From an uncultured Alphaproteobacteria bacterium (GTDB taxonomy: Bacteria; Pseudomonadota; Alphaproteobacteria; Rs-D84): a DNA stretch of 64,000 nucleotides. Both the position numbers and the translations under genes were made by a program. Shown in pieces: positions 46,548 through 56,629 of the stretch. How positions within the stretch are numbered: position 1 is the stretch's first letter; every line of letters begins with the position of its first letter. The notes beneath the pieces are model-generated. The model searched no databases and was not told the origin of the DNA. It saw only the letters and a program-made list of their open reading frames with translations. The stretch is from NCBI GenBank assembly GCA_947053455.1, contig CAMRSV010000004.1, positions 15,500 through 79,499 of the forward strand, in the 5' to 3' direction.

Positions 46548-46596
46548 ACACAATATATAGTGTTGTTTTTCTTTGTTTGATAACAATATATAGTAT
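46548..46596. promoter_or_regulatory. Tandem NrdR boxes
   Basis: ACACAATATATAGTGT and TAACAATATATAGTAT upstream of nrdD. Confidence 0.8.
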
Positions 46597-46990
46597 TAGG
46601 AGTTGGTGAACAATATAGAAAAAATAAAAAAATTTGCATTTTTCGCTTTACTTTTTGTGATGCGCTGTATTCCTATGCTGGCGCGCAAAAACAGATTCGG
46701 ACAAAATCGACAAATTTGACACGAAACAATTTTTGGGGTTAAAAAATATGTTTTTTTATTATGGGAAACGATTCGGATTTTTTATAAAAACACAAAATAT
46801 AGATAAAAATTACGAATCGATGTCTATATGTTGACGAAAATGTGTTGTTTAGGGTGATAAATTTGTACAAATTGGTATAATTATTACTAATAAGGTTGTT
46901 TTTCCTATTTCAAATGGCTATATTAATGTTGTCTAGTGTATGGTTGTTGAAATGTTAGACATTTTTATAAATAACCAAAAAAGGTAAAAC

Positions 46991-48574
46991 ATGATGAAAA
47001 ACATCTATGAAATGTTGCATGATGTTTGTTCGCAGAATAAAGACCGTATTTTCTTTGTCAGACAGAATGAAACATATGCACAATTGTTGAAAAAGGTGAA
47101 ACAGCGTGCGGTTTTACTGGCCCAGCGTTTCAATATTAAAAAAGGTGACACAGTCGCGATTTTGTCGGGAAACACGCCGGATTTTATTCGGTCGTATTTC
47201 GCGATTATATCCCAGGGCGCCAAGGTTTTAATGCTTGATACCGGCCTGTCTGCGAATGAACACCTGAATATGATGAAACGCACCAAGTGCAAATTGGTTT
47301 TGGCGCAAAAGTCACACTTTATTGGTGGGGCACCAAAAACGTACGATATTGAATCGATTGACGATACCGATGCGCGTGATTTTCATGCCGCTGATTGTAA
47401 TCGTGACGATGTTGCGATGTTGTCATTTACATCGGGTTCAACCGGAAATCCAAAGGTTGTTGGGCTGACGCATAATAATATATTGTCACTGGGCGAAGGG
47501 GCGTTGTTTTACAAGCCCGTTATTCATCCAGGATATACGTTTTACGGATTTCTGCCATTGTATCATATATATGGTGTCGTAATTAATATTATTGCGCCAC
47601 TGGTACTGGGGGGAAAACTGCTGTTGCAGCCGATTTTGAATCCGCGCGAATTTTTAAAGGACTTTGCGGAGTTCAAGCCCGAAGTTATTCCGGCCGTGCC
47701 GCGTGTGTGGGAATCTTTTTATAAAAAGATTGTTGATGCCGCCAAGGAAAAGCATGTTTACACTCTTATGCGGGTTATTGTGTCTATGCGGCGTGTTTTG
47801 CGGGCGATTGGTATGGGATGGCTGGTTAAAAAGGTGACAAAGCCCGTGCATGACATATTTGGCGGCAATACCAAGGTTTTGGTGTCTGCGGGTGCAACCC
47901 TGAAACCGTCAATACGCAAATTCTTTGAAAGTTTGGATTTTGCGGTGGGTGATTGCTATGGATTGACCGAAACAACGGGACCGTCCAACTTTAACTTTGC
48001 ATTTCGCTTGCCGAACGGCAAGATGTATTATGCAGGCCCATTGCCGGGGAACGAATTGAAAATTCATAATCCCGACAAATTTGGTGTCGGTGAAATATGG
48101 GTTCGCGGAAATCTTGTTATGCCGGGCTATATCGGAAACGATGAGGCCAACACCGCAGCATTCGAAGACGGATGGTTCAAAACCGGTGATTTGGGAATGC
48201 TGGATAAAAAGGGACGCTTGGTTGTAAAGGGACGTCAAAAGCAAGTAATTGTTCTAGACAGTGGAAAGAACGTGTACCCGGATGAGTTGGCGGACTTGTA
48301 TCTGCAAAACGACGAGATTCTGGCGGCATCGGTGTTTGAGTACACAATTGCCGGGAAAATCGTTCCCTTTGCGGTATTTCAGGTAAAGCCAGGTGTCACA
48401 ACGGCGCGTGTTGCAACTTTGGTCAAGGCATCGAACTTGAAAATTGCACCGTATAAGTGGGTAAAGCATTTTGCGATAACCGAAGATGAGTTGCCCCAGA
48501 CATCCGCGAAAAAGATAAAAGATTTCGTGGTGCGTCAAATGTTGGACGACGGGGCTTTTACACGTTCCGAATAA
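46991..48574 (+). CDS. AMP-binding long-chain acyl-CoA synthetase family protein
   Basis: FTSGSTGNPK, YGLTET, WFKTGDLG, GKNVYP. Confidence 0.9.
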   Translation: MMKNIYEMLHDVCSQNKDRIFFVRQNETYAQLLKKVKQRAVLLAQRFNIKKGDTVAILSGNTPDFIRSYFAIISQGAKVLMLDTGLSANEHLNMMKRTKCKLVLAQKSHFIGGAPKTYDIESIDDTDARDFHAADCNRDDVAMLSFTSGSTGNPKVVGLTHNNILSLGEGALFYKPVIHPGYTFYGFLPLYHIYGVVINIIAPLVLGGKLLLQPILNPREFLKDFAEFKPEVIPAVPRVWESFYKKIVDAAKEKHVYTLMRVIVSMRRVLRAIGMGWLVKKVTKPVHDIFGGNTKVLVSAGATLKPSIRKFFESLDFAVGDCYGLTETTGPSNFNFAFRLPNGKMYYAGPLPGNELKIHNPDKFGVGEIWVRGNLVMPGYIGNDEANTAAFEDGWFKTGDLGMLDKKGRLVVKGRQKQVIVLDSGKNVYPDELADLYLQNDEILAASVFEYTIAGKIVPFAVFQVKPGVTTARVATLVKASNLKIAPYKWVKHFAITEDELPQTSAKKIKDFVVRQMLDDGAFTRSE

Positions 48575-48629
48575 ATATTGGCCGCGGCGTGGGCATGTCC
48601 GCGCCGCGGTTAATCAAAAATATCAAAAC

Positions 48630-49229
48630 ATGGGGCAAAAGTACATGACACGGCGCAAGACTATTACCAGAGAGCATCAGAAAAAGCTGTTTAATATTTT
48701 AAAATCCGTGGTTGAATACAATACGCCGCGTTTAGAAAAACGCATTCGGCAAATAAATGCGGCCAGGGTTGTAATCCCAGAATTGGAACGTGATATAAAC
48801 GTGTTAAGCCACAATATTGAATATGCTGCGCGTTTTGATCCATCGGACAATGATAGTGAGGATATTTTGCGCCTAGAGGATGCCAAAGACCGGTTGCAGG
48901 AAGCTAGATACCTTGTCAATACTGCGCCAGAGATAAAAACACAAATTGCCGCGGTCAAAAGTTTCAATCTAAAATACAATACAGTCATGCAACACGACAT
49001 ATTGGAAAACATGCGAGCCGAACGTATGAATTTGCTGGATGAGTTGGGGGTGCTTTCCGACAAGATTGACAATGCGGAAATAAATATTGATACCGCAGAA
49101 TACAGAAATCCTGATGTGGTTGAAATTTCGGCGTTTGAACTGATGGAATATAGAAAGCGTTATTATGCAGTGCAAAGCAAGTATAGTAAACTGTGCAATG
49201 AAATCGCACAGTTGGAAAAAATAAAATGA
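48630..49229 (+). CDS. Hypothetical coiled-coil protein
   Basis: 199-aa charged helical ORF. Confidence 0.6.
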   Translation: MGQKYMTRRKTITREHQKKLFNILKSVVEYNTPRLEKRIRQINAARVVIPELERDINVLSHNIEYAARFDPSDNDSEDILRLEDAKDRLQEARYLVNTAPEIKTQIAAVKSFNLKYNTVMQHDILENMRAERMNLLDELGVLSDKIDNAEINIDTAEYRNPDVVEISAFELMEYRKRYYAVQSKYSKLCNEIAQLEKIK

Positions 49230-49243
49230 CGCATACTAATTTG

Positions 49244-50485
49244 TTATTCGTTGCACACCGCAATATATGGCGGGAATGACTTACTTTCGTTTATTCCACG
49301 GTCGCCGCATTCTAGGCAGTTGAATTTTCTGTTTTGGGAATGTGTACGATCTATTGGGATTATTCGGTTTGAAATGTCGGGCACATTGTTTGCATAAGAA
49401 TAGTTGGGAAACCCGAAATAAAACGCCCGTGATGCGCCGCGACATGAATTTGAGCCAGCCGGATAGCATTTTGAATCATTTATCTTTGCCGGATCCGGTA
49501 TGCAATAAGATGTGCATGTATCCATATTTGTAACCATGCGTTCACAATCTGTACATGATGTATCGGGTGCGCGCAATGTTATGCCAAATGTGCCGGACAT
49601 TGTGATTGGTGTTATATGTGCGCATTTTTTTGTATCGGGGGTTGCGGCCGGATCTGCAACGCATTCCCATTCCAGTGTACTATAGTTTAATCGGGCCGTT
49701 GTTCCGGCTGGACATGCATTTTCTGGAAACGGATCCAGGCATTGCCATATATCGTCAATCATTACAGCCGTTTGTTGGGCGGCACACAGCGGCTTGCGTG
49801 ATTCGTCCGGAACGCATTCGGATAAATCAGAATCCCAAATTCGGTCCCCAACGCAGTTTTCCTTGGTATTAAATGCAACGCATTGCCAGCGGCTGAATCT
49901 GTAAACCTTTATCATTCCCGCGGGGCATATTATATCAGTGGAATCGGGCGTTGAAAATGCATTGCCTTCGTCCGGTATATCAAACTGGGTAACGTACACT
50001 AATTGCCCGTCGGTAAGTTTTAATTTTTTTACCGCTGCGTCTAAAATTGTTCGCTTGCCACCGTCGCCGGTTATTATTACGCCTTCTTTTAACAGACCGA
50101 ATGTGCCGGCGTCGGCATAATTTTTCTCTAATATTTCTAATATATCGTTATATTTTTTCGCGGGCAAAACACCCGTTGCGGTAATTATGTAACTGTGCGC
50201 AGGTTTTTTGTTTCTGATGATTTCGCAACTGCTTGGGGCGTTTTTTTCGTTAAAACAAACCTTTTCGCTAACAATATTGTTTTGTTCGGCGCATATATCA
50301 TTAAATTCAATTCCGCGTATTGCCGCATTATGTGCCGCTGTTGCACATTCGGCCACTGCACGCAGGTCGGACTGTGTAACCGCATATTCCGTTTCTGTGC
50401 GTAAAATGCGTACGGATGGGCTGCCCATCATGTAATACACGCCCAACAGTACCGCCATTAAAAACATGATAAAAATATTCATCAT
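49244..50485 (-). CDS. Membrane-anchored Cys-rich surface protein (pilin-like N-terminus)
   Basis: N-terminal hydrophobic helix; repeated CP.G/C..D..W..C modules. Confidence 0.65.
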   Translation of the reverse strand: MMNIFIMFLMAVLLGVYYMMGSPSVRILRTETEYAVTQSDLRAVAECATAAHNAAIRGIEFNDICAEQNNIVSEKVCFNEKNAPSSCEIIRNKKPAHSYIITATGVLPAKKYNDILEILEKNYADAGTFGLLKEGVIITGDGGKRTILDAAVKKLKLTDGQLVYVTQFDIPDEGNAFSTPDSTDIICPAGMIKVYRFSRWQCVAFNTKENCVGDRIWDSDLSECVPDESRKPLCAAQQTAVMIDDIWQCLDPFPENACPAGTTARLNYSTLEWECVADPAATPDTKKCAHITPITMSGTFGITLRAPDTSCTDCERMVTNMDTCTSYCIPDPAKINDSKCYPAGSNSCRGASRAFYFGFPNYSYANNVPDISNRIIPIDRTHSQNRKFNCLECGDRGINESKSFPPYIAVCNE

Positions 50486-50563
50486 TCCCCCTTGCGATTT
50501 ATTAAAAGTCTAGGTAATATACAAATAAATTGCAACAGGAAAGCGAACAAAAACGGCGGCGCA

Positions 50564-51037
50564 ATGAAGAAAATATTTTTAGTTTTGTTTTTAACGTCAT
50601 GCGGCTTCAAACCAATGTTTGTTGGCCAAGATACAGATATATATGTACCGCCAATCAGTGGAATTAACGGAATTGATTTACGAAATGCGTTAAACGCCCG
50701 ATTTGGCGGACAGCATGATGAAACCGCACGGTATACACTGACGGTCAATTTGTCGGAACCTGTTACACAGTACAAGGCGTTGGAACCGACCGGCGACGCC
50801 ACTTGGCAGGAAATATCCGTTCGTGCAAATTACACTTTGACCCGCGATGGGAAACAAATCGCATCGGGGGTGGAATCGGCCGCGGAATCATATACGTTTG
50901 TGCGTTATCTGGTTGCGGCGAACGCGTCTTATAACAATGCGGTAAAAAACACAATATCTGTTTTGGCAGAAAAGATAGGAGCGCGTGCAATCGCAGAAAC
51001 ATACAGATATTCAATTTCTACACCGGATAAACAATGA
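50564..51037 (+). CDS. lptE: LPS assembly lipoprotein LptE
   Basis: Lipobox LTSCGFKPM; upstream of holA. Confidence 0.75.
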   Translation: MKKIFLVLFLTSCGFKPMFVGQDTDIYVPPISGINGIDLRNALNARFGGQHDETARYTLTVNLSEPVTQYKALEPTGDATWQEISVRANYTLTRDGKQIASGVESAAESYTFVRYLVAANASYNNAVKNTISVLAEKIGARAIAETYRYSISTPDKQ

Positions 51038-52023
51038 AGTGGAAGGAAGACGATTTTAACAAAGGAATCGAAACCATTCGTGCGGTTTTGATTTACGGAC
51101 CTGATGCCGGGCAGGTTGATGAGTTTTGTGACCGCGCGATTGAAAAGCTGCAGATTGAACGCGATAATATGTTTGCGCTGGATTCCGATGAACTGCGCGA
51201 AAAGCAAGATGCGTTGTTTGCGGAAAGTTGCAGTCCGTCAATGTTTGGCGGCCGCAAGCTGGTGTTGATTTCAAATGCGGGCGACGCCTGTGCAAAGCAG
51301 GTGGCGGAATTGATTGAACATCCTGGACTTTGTGCCACGGTTATCGTTGCCGCGGGGGATTTGCGCGCGGGTGGCGGGCTGCGCACATTGTTTGAAGGGG
51401 GCGATAAAATCGCGGCATTGGCATGCTATACCGATGATGCGCGATCATTGGCCGCACTTATCCGCAAGGAATTGTCGGCCGAGGCCGGTATTTCGCAAAT
51501 TACGCCGGACGCAATGGCATATATGACAACCCACCTGGGCGGAGACCGCGGGATTACGCGTGGATTTCTGGCGAAAATATCGTTGTATGTGGACGATAAA
51601 AAAATTGTTGAATTGGACGATGTGGAAAAATGTCTGCCGGATACGGGGGCGGCGGATACGGATGATTTTCTTTATTCTTTAACCGCCGGGCATATTCAGC
51701 AAACAATGACGGCGCTGGACAGATTACTGTATGACAACGCAGAACCTAATATGTTGGTTCGGATGCTGGATATGCACTTTAAGAAATTGTTGACGGCGGT
51801 GGTTGACGGACAGTTGCCGCGACTGTTTTGGAAAGTTGCGGAAAAATTCAATCATGCCGTGAAAATATGGCCCGCCGATGAAATAAGCGCTGTGTTAATC
51901 CGCCTGAACGAATTGGAAAAGCAATTGCGTACCACCGGCATGCCGGCGGAGATTTTATTACGCGATTTTTCATTGAAACTGTCTGTGCGGGCGGCAAAAC
52001 TTGCGATAAAAAGAAGGAAATAA
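51034..52023 (+). CDS. holA: DNA polymerase III subunit delta
   Basis: VLIYGPDAG, SMFGGRK, LR.LFE, ACY.D. Confidence 0.88.
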   Translation: MKWKEDDFNKGIETIRAVLIYGPDAGQVDEFCDRAIEKLQIERDNMFALDSDELREKQDALFAESCSPSMFGGRKLVLISNAGDACAKQVAELIEHPGLCATVIVAAGDLRAGGGLRTLFEGGDKIAALACYTDDARSLAALIRKELSAEAGISQITPDAMAYMTTHLGGDRGITRGFLAKISLYVDDKKIVELDDVEKCLPDTGAADTDDFLYSLTAGHIQQTMTALDRLLYDNAEPNMLVRMLDMHFKKLLTAVVDGQLPRLFWKVAEKFNHAVKIWPADEISAVLIRLNELEKQLRTTGMPAEILLRDFSLKLSVRAAKLAIKRRK

Positions 52024-52026
52024 AAT

Positions 52027-52788
52027 ATGCTGGCATCTGTTTATGCACCAAAAGATTTTAAGCGGTTGCGTGCGTCCGGTGATTTGGTCGCGCGTTGCTT
52101 TGACTTTATTTCGCCCCATATCAAGGCGGGCATTTCGACCGGTGAAATAGACCGCATGGTTGCAATGTTTTTAAAAGAAAACGGTGCGCGTTCGTCGGAT
52201 TTGGGGTATCATGGATATCCGAAAAATATTTGCACGTCTGTTAATGACGTCATTGTGCACGGTATACCCAGCGATGATGTCATCTTAAAAGACGGAGATA
52301 TAGTTAATGTCGACTTGACGGCTGAATACAAGGGATTTCATGGTGACGCATCGCGCATGTTTATGATTGGTAATGTTGCGCCGCGTGCCCGTCAATTGGT
52401 TCAGACATGTCAGGATGCCCTTAATGCGGCGATTGCCGTATGCGCGCCGGGCGTGCCATTGTCTGAAATTGGTAAAACGATAGAGGCGGTGGTCAACCCA
52501 CATGGATTTTCAATATCGCGTGATTTTGTCGGACATGGCATTGGCAAGGTAATGCATGACGAACCACAGATTTATTCTTTTTATGACAAGTGCTGGGACA
52601 AAGTTAAAATGGTGCCCGGATTGGTCTTTACAATAGAGCCGATTATTAATACCGGTCGACCCGATTGTAAAATTGATGCCGACGGTTGGACGGCGCGCAC
52701 TGTGGATGGTGGTTTGTCGGCACAATGGGAACATACAATTGGCATAACCGAAGACGGTGCGATAATATTTACCGAAAAAATGGTTTAA
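52027..52788 (+). CDS. map: Methionine aminopeptidase type I
   Basis: CTSVN...HGIP, GHGIG..MHDEP, FTIEP, LSAQWEHT. Confidence 0.96.
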   Translation: MLASVYAPKDFKRLRASGDLVARCFDFISPHIKAGISTGEIDRMVAMFLKENGARSSDLGYHGYPKNICTSVNDVIVHGIPSDDVILKDGDIVNVDLTAEYKGFHGDASRMFMIGNVAPRARQLVQTCQDALNAAIAVCAPGVPLSEIGKTIEAVVNPHGFSISRDFVGHGIGKVMHDEPQIYSFYDKCWDKVKMVPGLVFTIEPIINTGRPDCKIDADGWTARTVDGGLSAQWEHTIGITEDGAIIFTEKMV

Positions 52789-52807
52789 CGCGTGGCGAGG
52801 GGCAGAG

Positions 52808-53488
52808 TTGGCGGATAAAAATAAATTGGCGCATGAAGGGCATCGTGCACGTCTGCGCCAGGATTTTTTGGATGGCAAAACAACCGATGCAGACAAATTA
52901 GAATTGATGCTGGCATCATGGCGACCACGTTGTGATGTGCGCCCGACGGTGCGACTGCTGCTAAATAAATTCGGGTCTGTATATCAGATATTAAATGCAC
53001 CATTGCAAGAATTAATGTCAGTTGATGGTGTTGGTAAAAACACAGCAATTTTGCTAAAAGTGATGCGTGATTTCAAATTGTCGGAATATCGCAGCCAGAT
53101 GAAAAAAGAGGCTGTCTTTCATGACCATACTGTGTTGGCAAATTACTGCAAATTATATTTGGGCGCGCGTGATGTTGAAGAGTTTCATATATTTTATCTG
53201 GACGCAGATATGCGTTTAATAGAAGATGAAACGCATAGCGTTGGTACATTGGACTGGGCAAATGTTTGTGTTCGTGAAATTGTTTCACGTGTATTGGATT
53301 TTCATGCACGTAATGTTATTTTTGCACATAATCATCCGGCATCGGAAAACGGTTTTTCTAGTGAAGATATTGACATGACAAACAAAATACGCCTGACATT
53401 GAATGACATAGGTGTTGATGTGTTTGACCATATTCTTGTGGCCGGCGGGGTTGTTCATTCCGCGCGTAACAAGTTTCTATTACAGTAA
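52808..53488 (+). CDS. radC: RadC/JAB domain protein
   Basis: GHRARLR, HhH VDGVG, AHNHP...SSED, DHI. Confidence 0.9.
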   Translation: MADKNKLAHEGHRARLRQDFLDGKTTDADKLELMLASWRPRCDVRPTVRLLLNKFGSVYQILNAPLQELMSVDGVGKNTAILLKVMRDFKLSEYRSQMKKEAVFHDHTVLANYCKLYLGARDVEEFHIFYLDADMRLIEDETHSVGTLDWANVCVREIVSRVLDFHARNVIFAHNHPASENGFSSEDIDMTNKIRLTLNDIGVDVFDHILVAGGVVHSARNKFLLQ

Positions 53489-54106
53489 TTCCGCGACATT
53501 ACATATTGATTTCAATTGACTTGTTTCGGTAATTTCCAAATTTCCGTCATAAATTCCGTAAACTGTTTTTTCGGCCGGGGTCGGCGTGTCCCATGAATCC
53601 GCCCATTTGCGTGAAACCTTGGTTACATGAAAGTCGGGTCGAAACGAGAATTGCAGTTTTTGTAGCGCGCATGACTCGCCTTCGGTGGTGCGAAATCCCG
53701 CAGGGGTTATATCGCGAAAACCGTCGCGTTCGTTTATTTCGATTTTATATTCATAGTAAAAATGCGGCGTTCCGTTTTCAACGCGTGTGCGTGTTATTCT
53801 GTCGGGGCGGCCATCATCGTTTATATCGCGGTTGAATGTTTCAACAGATACAACACCGGCGCCAAATTCGTCGGGGGCATTGCGTGATACCGCGTCAGGT
53901 TGACCCAGGCCGTCTGAAAACTCATCGTCACTGTTTTCGTCTGTTGCAACTTGTTGCGCTGGAATAAAATTTGGTGATGTTACACTGCGCGATGTGCCGA
54001 TGCGCGCGGTGCGACCACCTGCTAAAAAGTAAATAAGAGCCACGATAATAACCAGCATTATCGTCATCAATATTTTATATACGATTCCGGTGTGTTGTGC
54101 TCGCAT
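53480..54106 (-). CDS. Membrane-anchored hypothetical protein
   Basis: N-terminal TM; DINDDGRPD Ca-binding-like loop. Confidence 0.6.
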   Translation of the reverse strand: MRAQHTGIVYKILMTIMLVIIVALIYFLAGGRTARIGTSRSVTSPNFIPAQQVATDENSDDEFSDGLGQPDAVSRNAPDEFGAGVVSVETFNRDINDDGRPDRITRTRVENGTPHFYYEYKIEINERDGFRDITPAGFRTTEGESCALQKLQFSFRPDFHVTKVSRKWADSWDTPTPAEKTVYGIYDGNLEITETSQLKSICNVAELL

Positions 54107-54116
54107 AATTTGTCCC

Positions 54117-55091
54117 TTATATGTTTTCCGTGTGGCCTGGAATCCAGCCCTCTATGACGCGTATGGCGTTGACAACCTGCTGTAACTGGGTGTCGTTTAA
54201 ATCGGCCATGCGTTTGTTAACGGAAAGTCCGGTTAATTTTTTCATTTTCCTGTGATATGCGGCGGTGTCGTTTTCAAACGGCGGTGCATATCGACTGATT
54301 GCGCCGGCAACAGTCAATTTATTATACGAATTAGAACGTAACAATGCCGCAATTGCCTGCATGCCGGTTTCTTCGTCGGGAAATACTGCAAAGCCGCCTG
54401 CCGTACCGATGGCGCCGGCGCGGCGTGCAAAATCGGAATATCGTATATTGCCCGGATTTTTATTGCGCCATGAACGCGAACCGCCAATTCGTCGATATGA
54501 CTGACCCGTATCGGATGTATATGCAACATAATCTTGGTTATTTGATACTGTTGCTGTAATAGTTGTTGGGGTGCCCGCCGCTGCAAGCGGTGATTGCGAA
54601 TATGGCACTTCATCAACGGTCATAGGCTGGGGCGTGTTATTATACGTGCTATTATAAATGGCGCCCGTATCTTCTATATAAATCTGTTCATAAAGGTCGC
54701 TGCCGCGTTTGGTCATTTGGGCGCCTCGTGCATCCAGAATTTTGGATATCTCGTTTACAGAAACGGTTATTTGGCGGCAACCGCGCGCAAATAAATCGCC
54801 GCCCCATATTACGTTGACGATGGGGCCTGCCAAGCCAAGTGTGGCGAATATAATGGTAAGGTTGCGTAGATTGGTGAAAATATCGTTTTTGGAACCGCGA
54901 ATCATTGATATTGCCCAGCCCATTATCAACAATGCAGTCACGGCACATATCACAACCCATGCATATTCAATAAAAGTTTGAAAGCTGCGCAGGATGCAAG
55001 ATGGATCTTCGATAAATAATGCGTCGCCATTGCCGCCAAGAATGCGGAATCCGGAATTTGTTAGTAATCTATAAACTACATCTGTGTTCAT
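54117..55091 (-). CDS. 2-TM protein with C-terminal phage-virion-type lysozyme-like domain
   Basis: GGSRSWRNKNPGNIR, FAVFP....G..A...LL, I.RYAP..ENDT..Y. Confidence 0.65.
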   Translation of the reverse strand: MNTDVVYRLLTNSGFRILGGNGDALFIEDPSCILRSFQTFIEYAWVVICAVTALLIMGWAISMIRGSKNDIFTNLRNLTIIFATLGLAGPIVNVIWGGDLFARGCRQITVSVNEISKILDARGAQMTKRGSDLYEQIYIEDTGAIYNSTYNNTPQPMTVDEVPYSQSPLAAAGTPTTITATVSNNQDYVAYTSDTGQSYRRIGGSRSWRNKNPGNIRYSDFARRAGAIGTAGGFAVFPDEETGMQAIAALLRSNSYNKLTVAGAISRYAPPFENDTAAYHRKMKKLTGLSVNKRMADLNDTQLQQVVNAIRVIEGWIPGHTENI

Positions 55092-55108
55092 AAATACTCA
55101 TTTTACGA

Positions 55109-56029
55109 CTATTTTTTTGCGGCGGTTGTTGTAAAGAAACCAGGAATGGCAAAGTCTTCGTCATTTGCGGCAATTCCAGCCCATCCGAACAAATCACCCA
55201 TTATTCCGGCGTCATCGCGTTTTGCCTTTTTAAAGGGCAAAATATTTTTTAATTTGCCGATTTTTCCATGGGTTTCGTTTTTTGTGCTCGTAACTATTTT
55301 ATCTTCGTTTTGTGCAAATTCAGATGCCAATTGTTCCAGTGTTGCATCCGCGCCGTCTATTTCAATTTCTGTTGGGGTGGGTGCTTCGTCAATGATGGCC
55401 GCGGGGGCGTCTTCATGGGTGTCTTCACGCAATGGTGTCATTGATTCCAATAATTCTTCTAATGTTTTTTCGCTGGTTACTTCTGGTGCTTCGTCTGTAA
55501 TCATTTCTGTGATTGCATCGGCTGCATTGACCGAAATGTCCGCTGCATCAGTATTTATTGGTTGTGTGTCATCATCGCTTTGGGCGGCCGCGGTTTGTGC
55601 TGCCAAAACAGAAAGAATTGGAACCATCGTATCTGATTTGGCTGTTTCATTTAAGTCAACCGGTGTCGATTCATTTTCTGGTGCGTTTGTAGCACCGCCC
55701 GATGTACGTCGTATGGATGTTTTTTTCTTTTTTACGGGTGCCTTTATTTCTTCTGCGTCTGTTGTGATCGGGGCATCAATTGTTTCAGGGGCGTTGTTAT
55801 TATCCATGTCCGTCGTAACAATTTCAATGTTTGGTGTTATTGATGCGGGTGCCGGTGCGATTTCCATTGTTGTATTTTGTGTCAACGCATCATCAGCATC
55901 CACCGGAACACCAAATAAAACGGTATCGACGCCAAGGTTTAGTGTGGCGCGAACCTCTTCAAAGGCGGCGCGAATATCTGCCATTTCAAACACTTCATTA
56001 CCGGAAATATATATGATTTTAGTTTTCAT
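55109..56029 (-). CDS. Acidic low-complexity hypothetical protein
   Basis: Ordered termini with a D/E/A/T-rich centre. Confidence 0.65.
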   Translation of the reverse strand: MKTKIIYISGNEVFEMADIRAAFEEVRATLNLGVDTVLFGVPVDADDALTQNTTMEIAPAPASITPNIEIVTTDMDNNNAPETIDAPITTDAEEIKAPVKKKKTSIRRTSGGATNAPENESTPVDLNETAKSDTMVPILSVLAAQTAAAQSDDDTQPINTDAADISVNAADAITEMITDEAPEVTSEKTLEELLESMTPLREDTHEDAPAAIIDEAPTPTEIEIDGADATLEQLASEFAQNEDKIVTSTKNETHGKIGKLKNILPFKKAKRDDAGIMGDLFGWAGIAANDEDFAIPGFFTTTAAKK

Positions 56030-56112
56030 TAATTGGCCCCCTACGCCTGCACGCGGCCATTATATCACATTTTGGGGTTGAACGCATATAAAAAATATCT
56101 TAAACTGTAATT

Positions 56113-56322
56113 ATGGCAGATATAAAACAGCAAATCTTTCAAGAATTGAATTCGGTTGAAGAATTGGCCGCATCCCTGCGCGCCGCCGCGGTTAGTGCGG
56201 GTAAGCAAACGGATTTAGAGGTGGCAATCTTGACCGAGCAGGTAAAGACTTTGCGGGATAAAAATGTGCGTGCCACAGAAATTATTGATAAATCTATTTC
56301 TATATTAAAGAAGTTGAAATGA
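56113..56322 (+). CDS. Small coiled-coil protein upstream of zapA
   Basis: 69 aa, overlaps the zapA start. Confidence 0.6.
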   Translation: MADIKQQIFQELNSVEELAASLRAAAVSAGKQTDLEVAILTEQVKTLRDKNVRATEIIDKSISILKKLK

Positions 56323-56597
56323 GTGTTGTGTCAATCCCAATTGTTAATAAAAATTATCCCATGGGATGTGAAGATGGCCAGGAAGCCCGCTTGGTTGACC
56401 TGGGTAAAATAGTGGATGCGCGTGCGCGTGAAATACTGGATAAAATCGGTCCGTTGCCGGAAAATGCGCTTTTGGCGACGCTGTGTATCGTTTTAGCGGA
56501 CGAGGTGTCAAATCGCCCCGCACCAACCGTGACCGATGCAGATTTAAAAGAAATATTGGCGCGGATTCGTGAGATAAAACATAAAATAAGCCAATAA
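56319..56597 (+). CDS. zapA: Cell division protein ZapA
   Basis: V.I....Y.M.CEDGQE.RL..L...VD...LADE. Confidence 0.85.
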   Translation: MSVVSIPIVNKNYPMGCEDGQEARLVDLGKIVDARAREILDKIGPLPENALLATLCIVLADEVSNRPAPTVTDADLKEILARIREIKHKISQ

Positions 56598-56606
56598 ATT
56601 ATTAAC

Positions 56607-56629
56607 AAATGCCCCAAATGGGGCATTTT
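56607..56629. terminator. Bidirectional terminator
   Basis: AAATGCCCC-AAAT-GGGGCATTTT between convergent genes. Confidence 0.7.
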
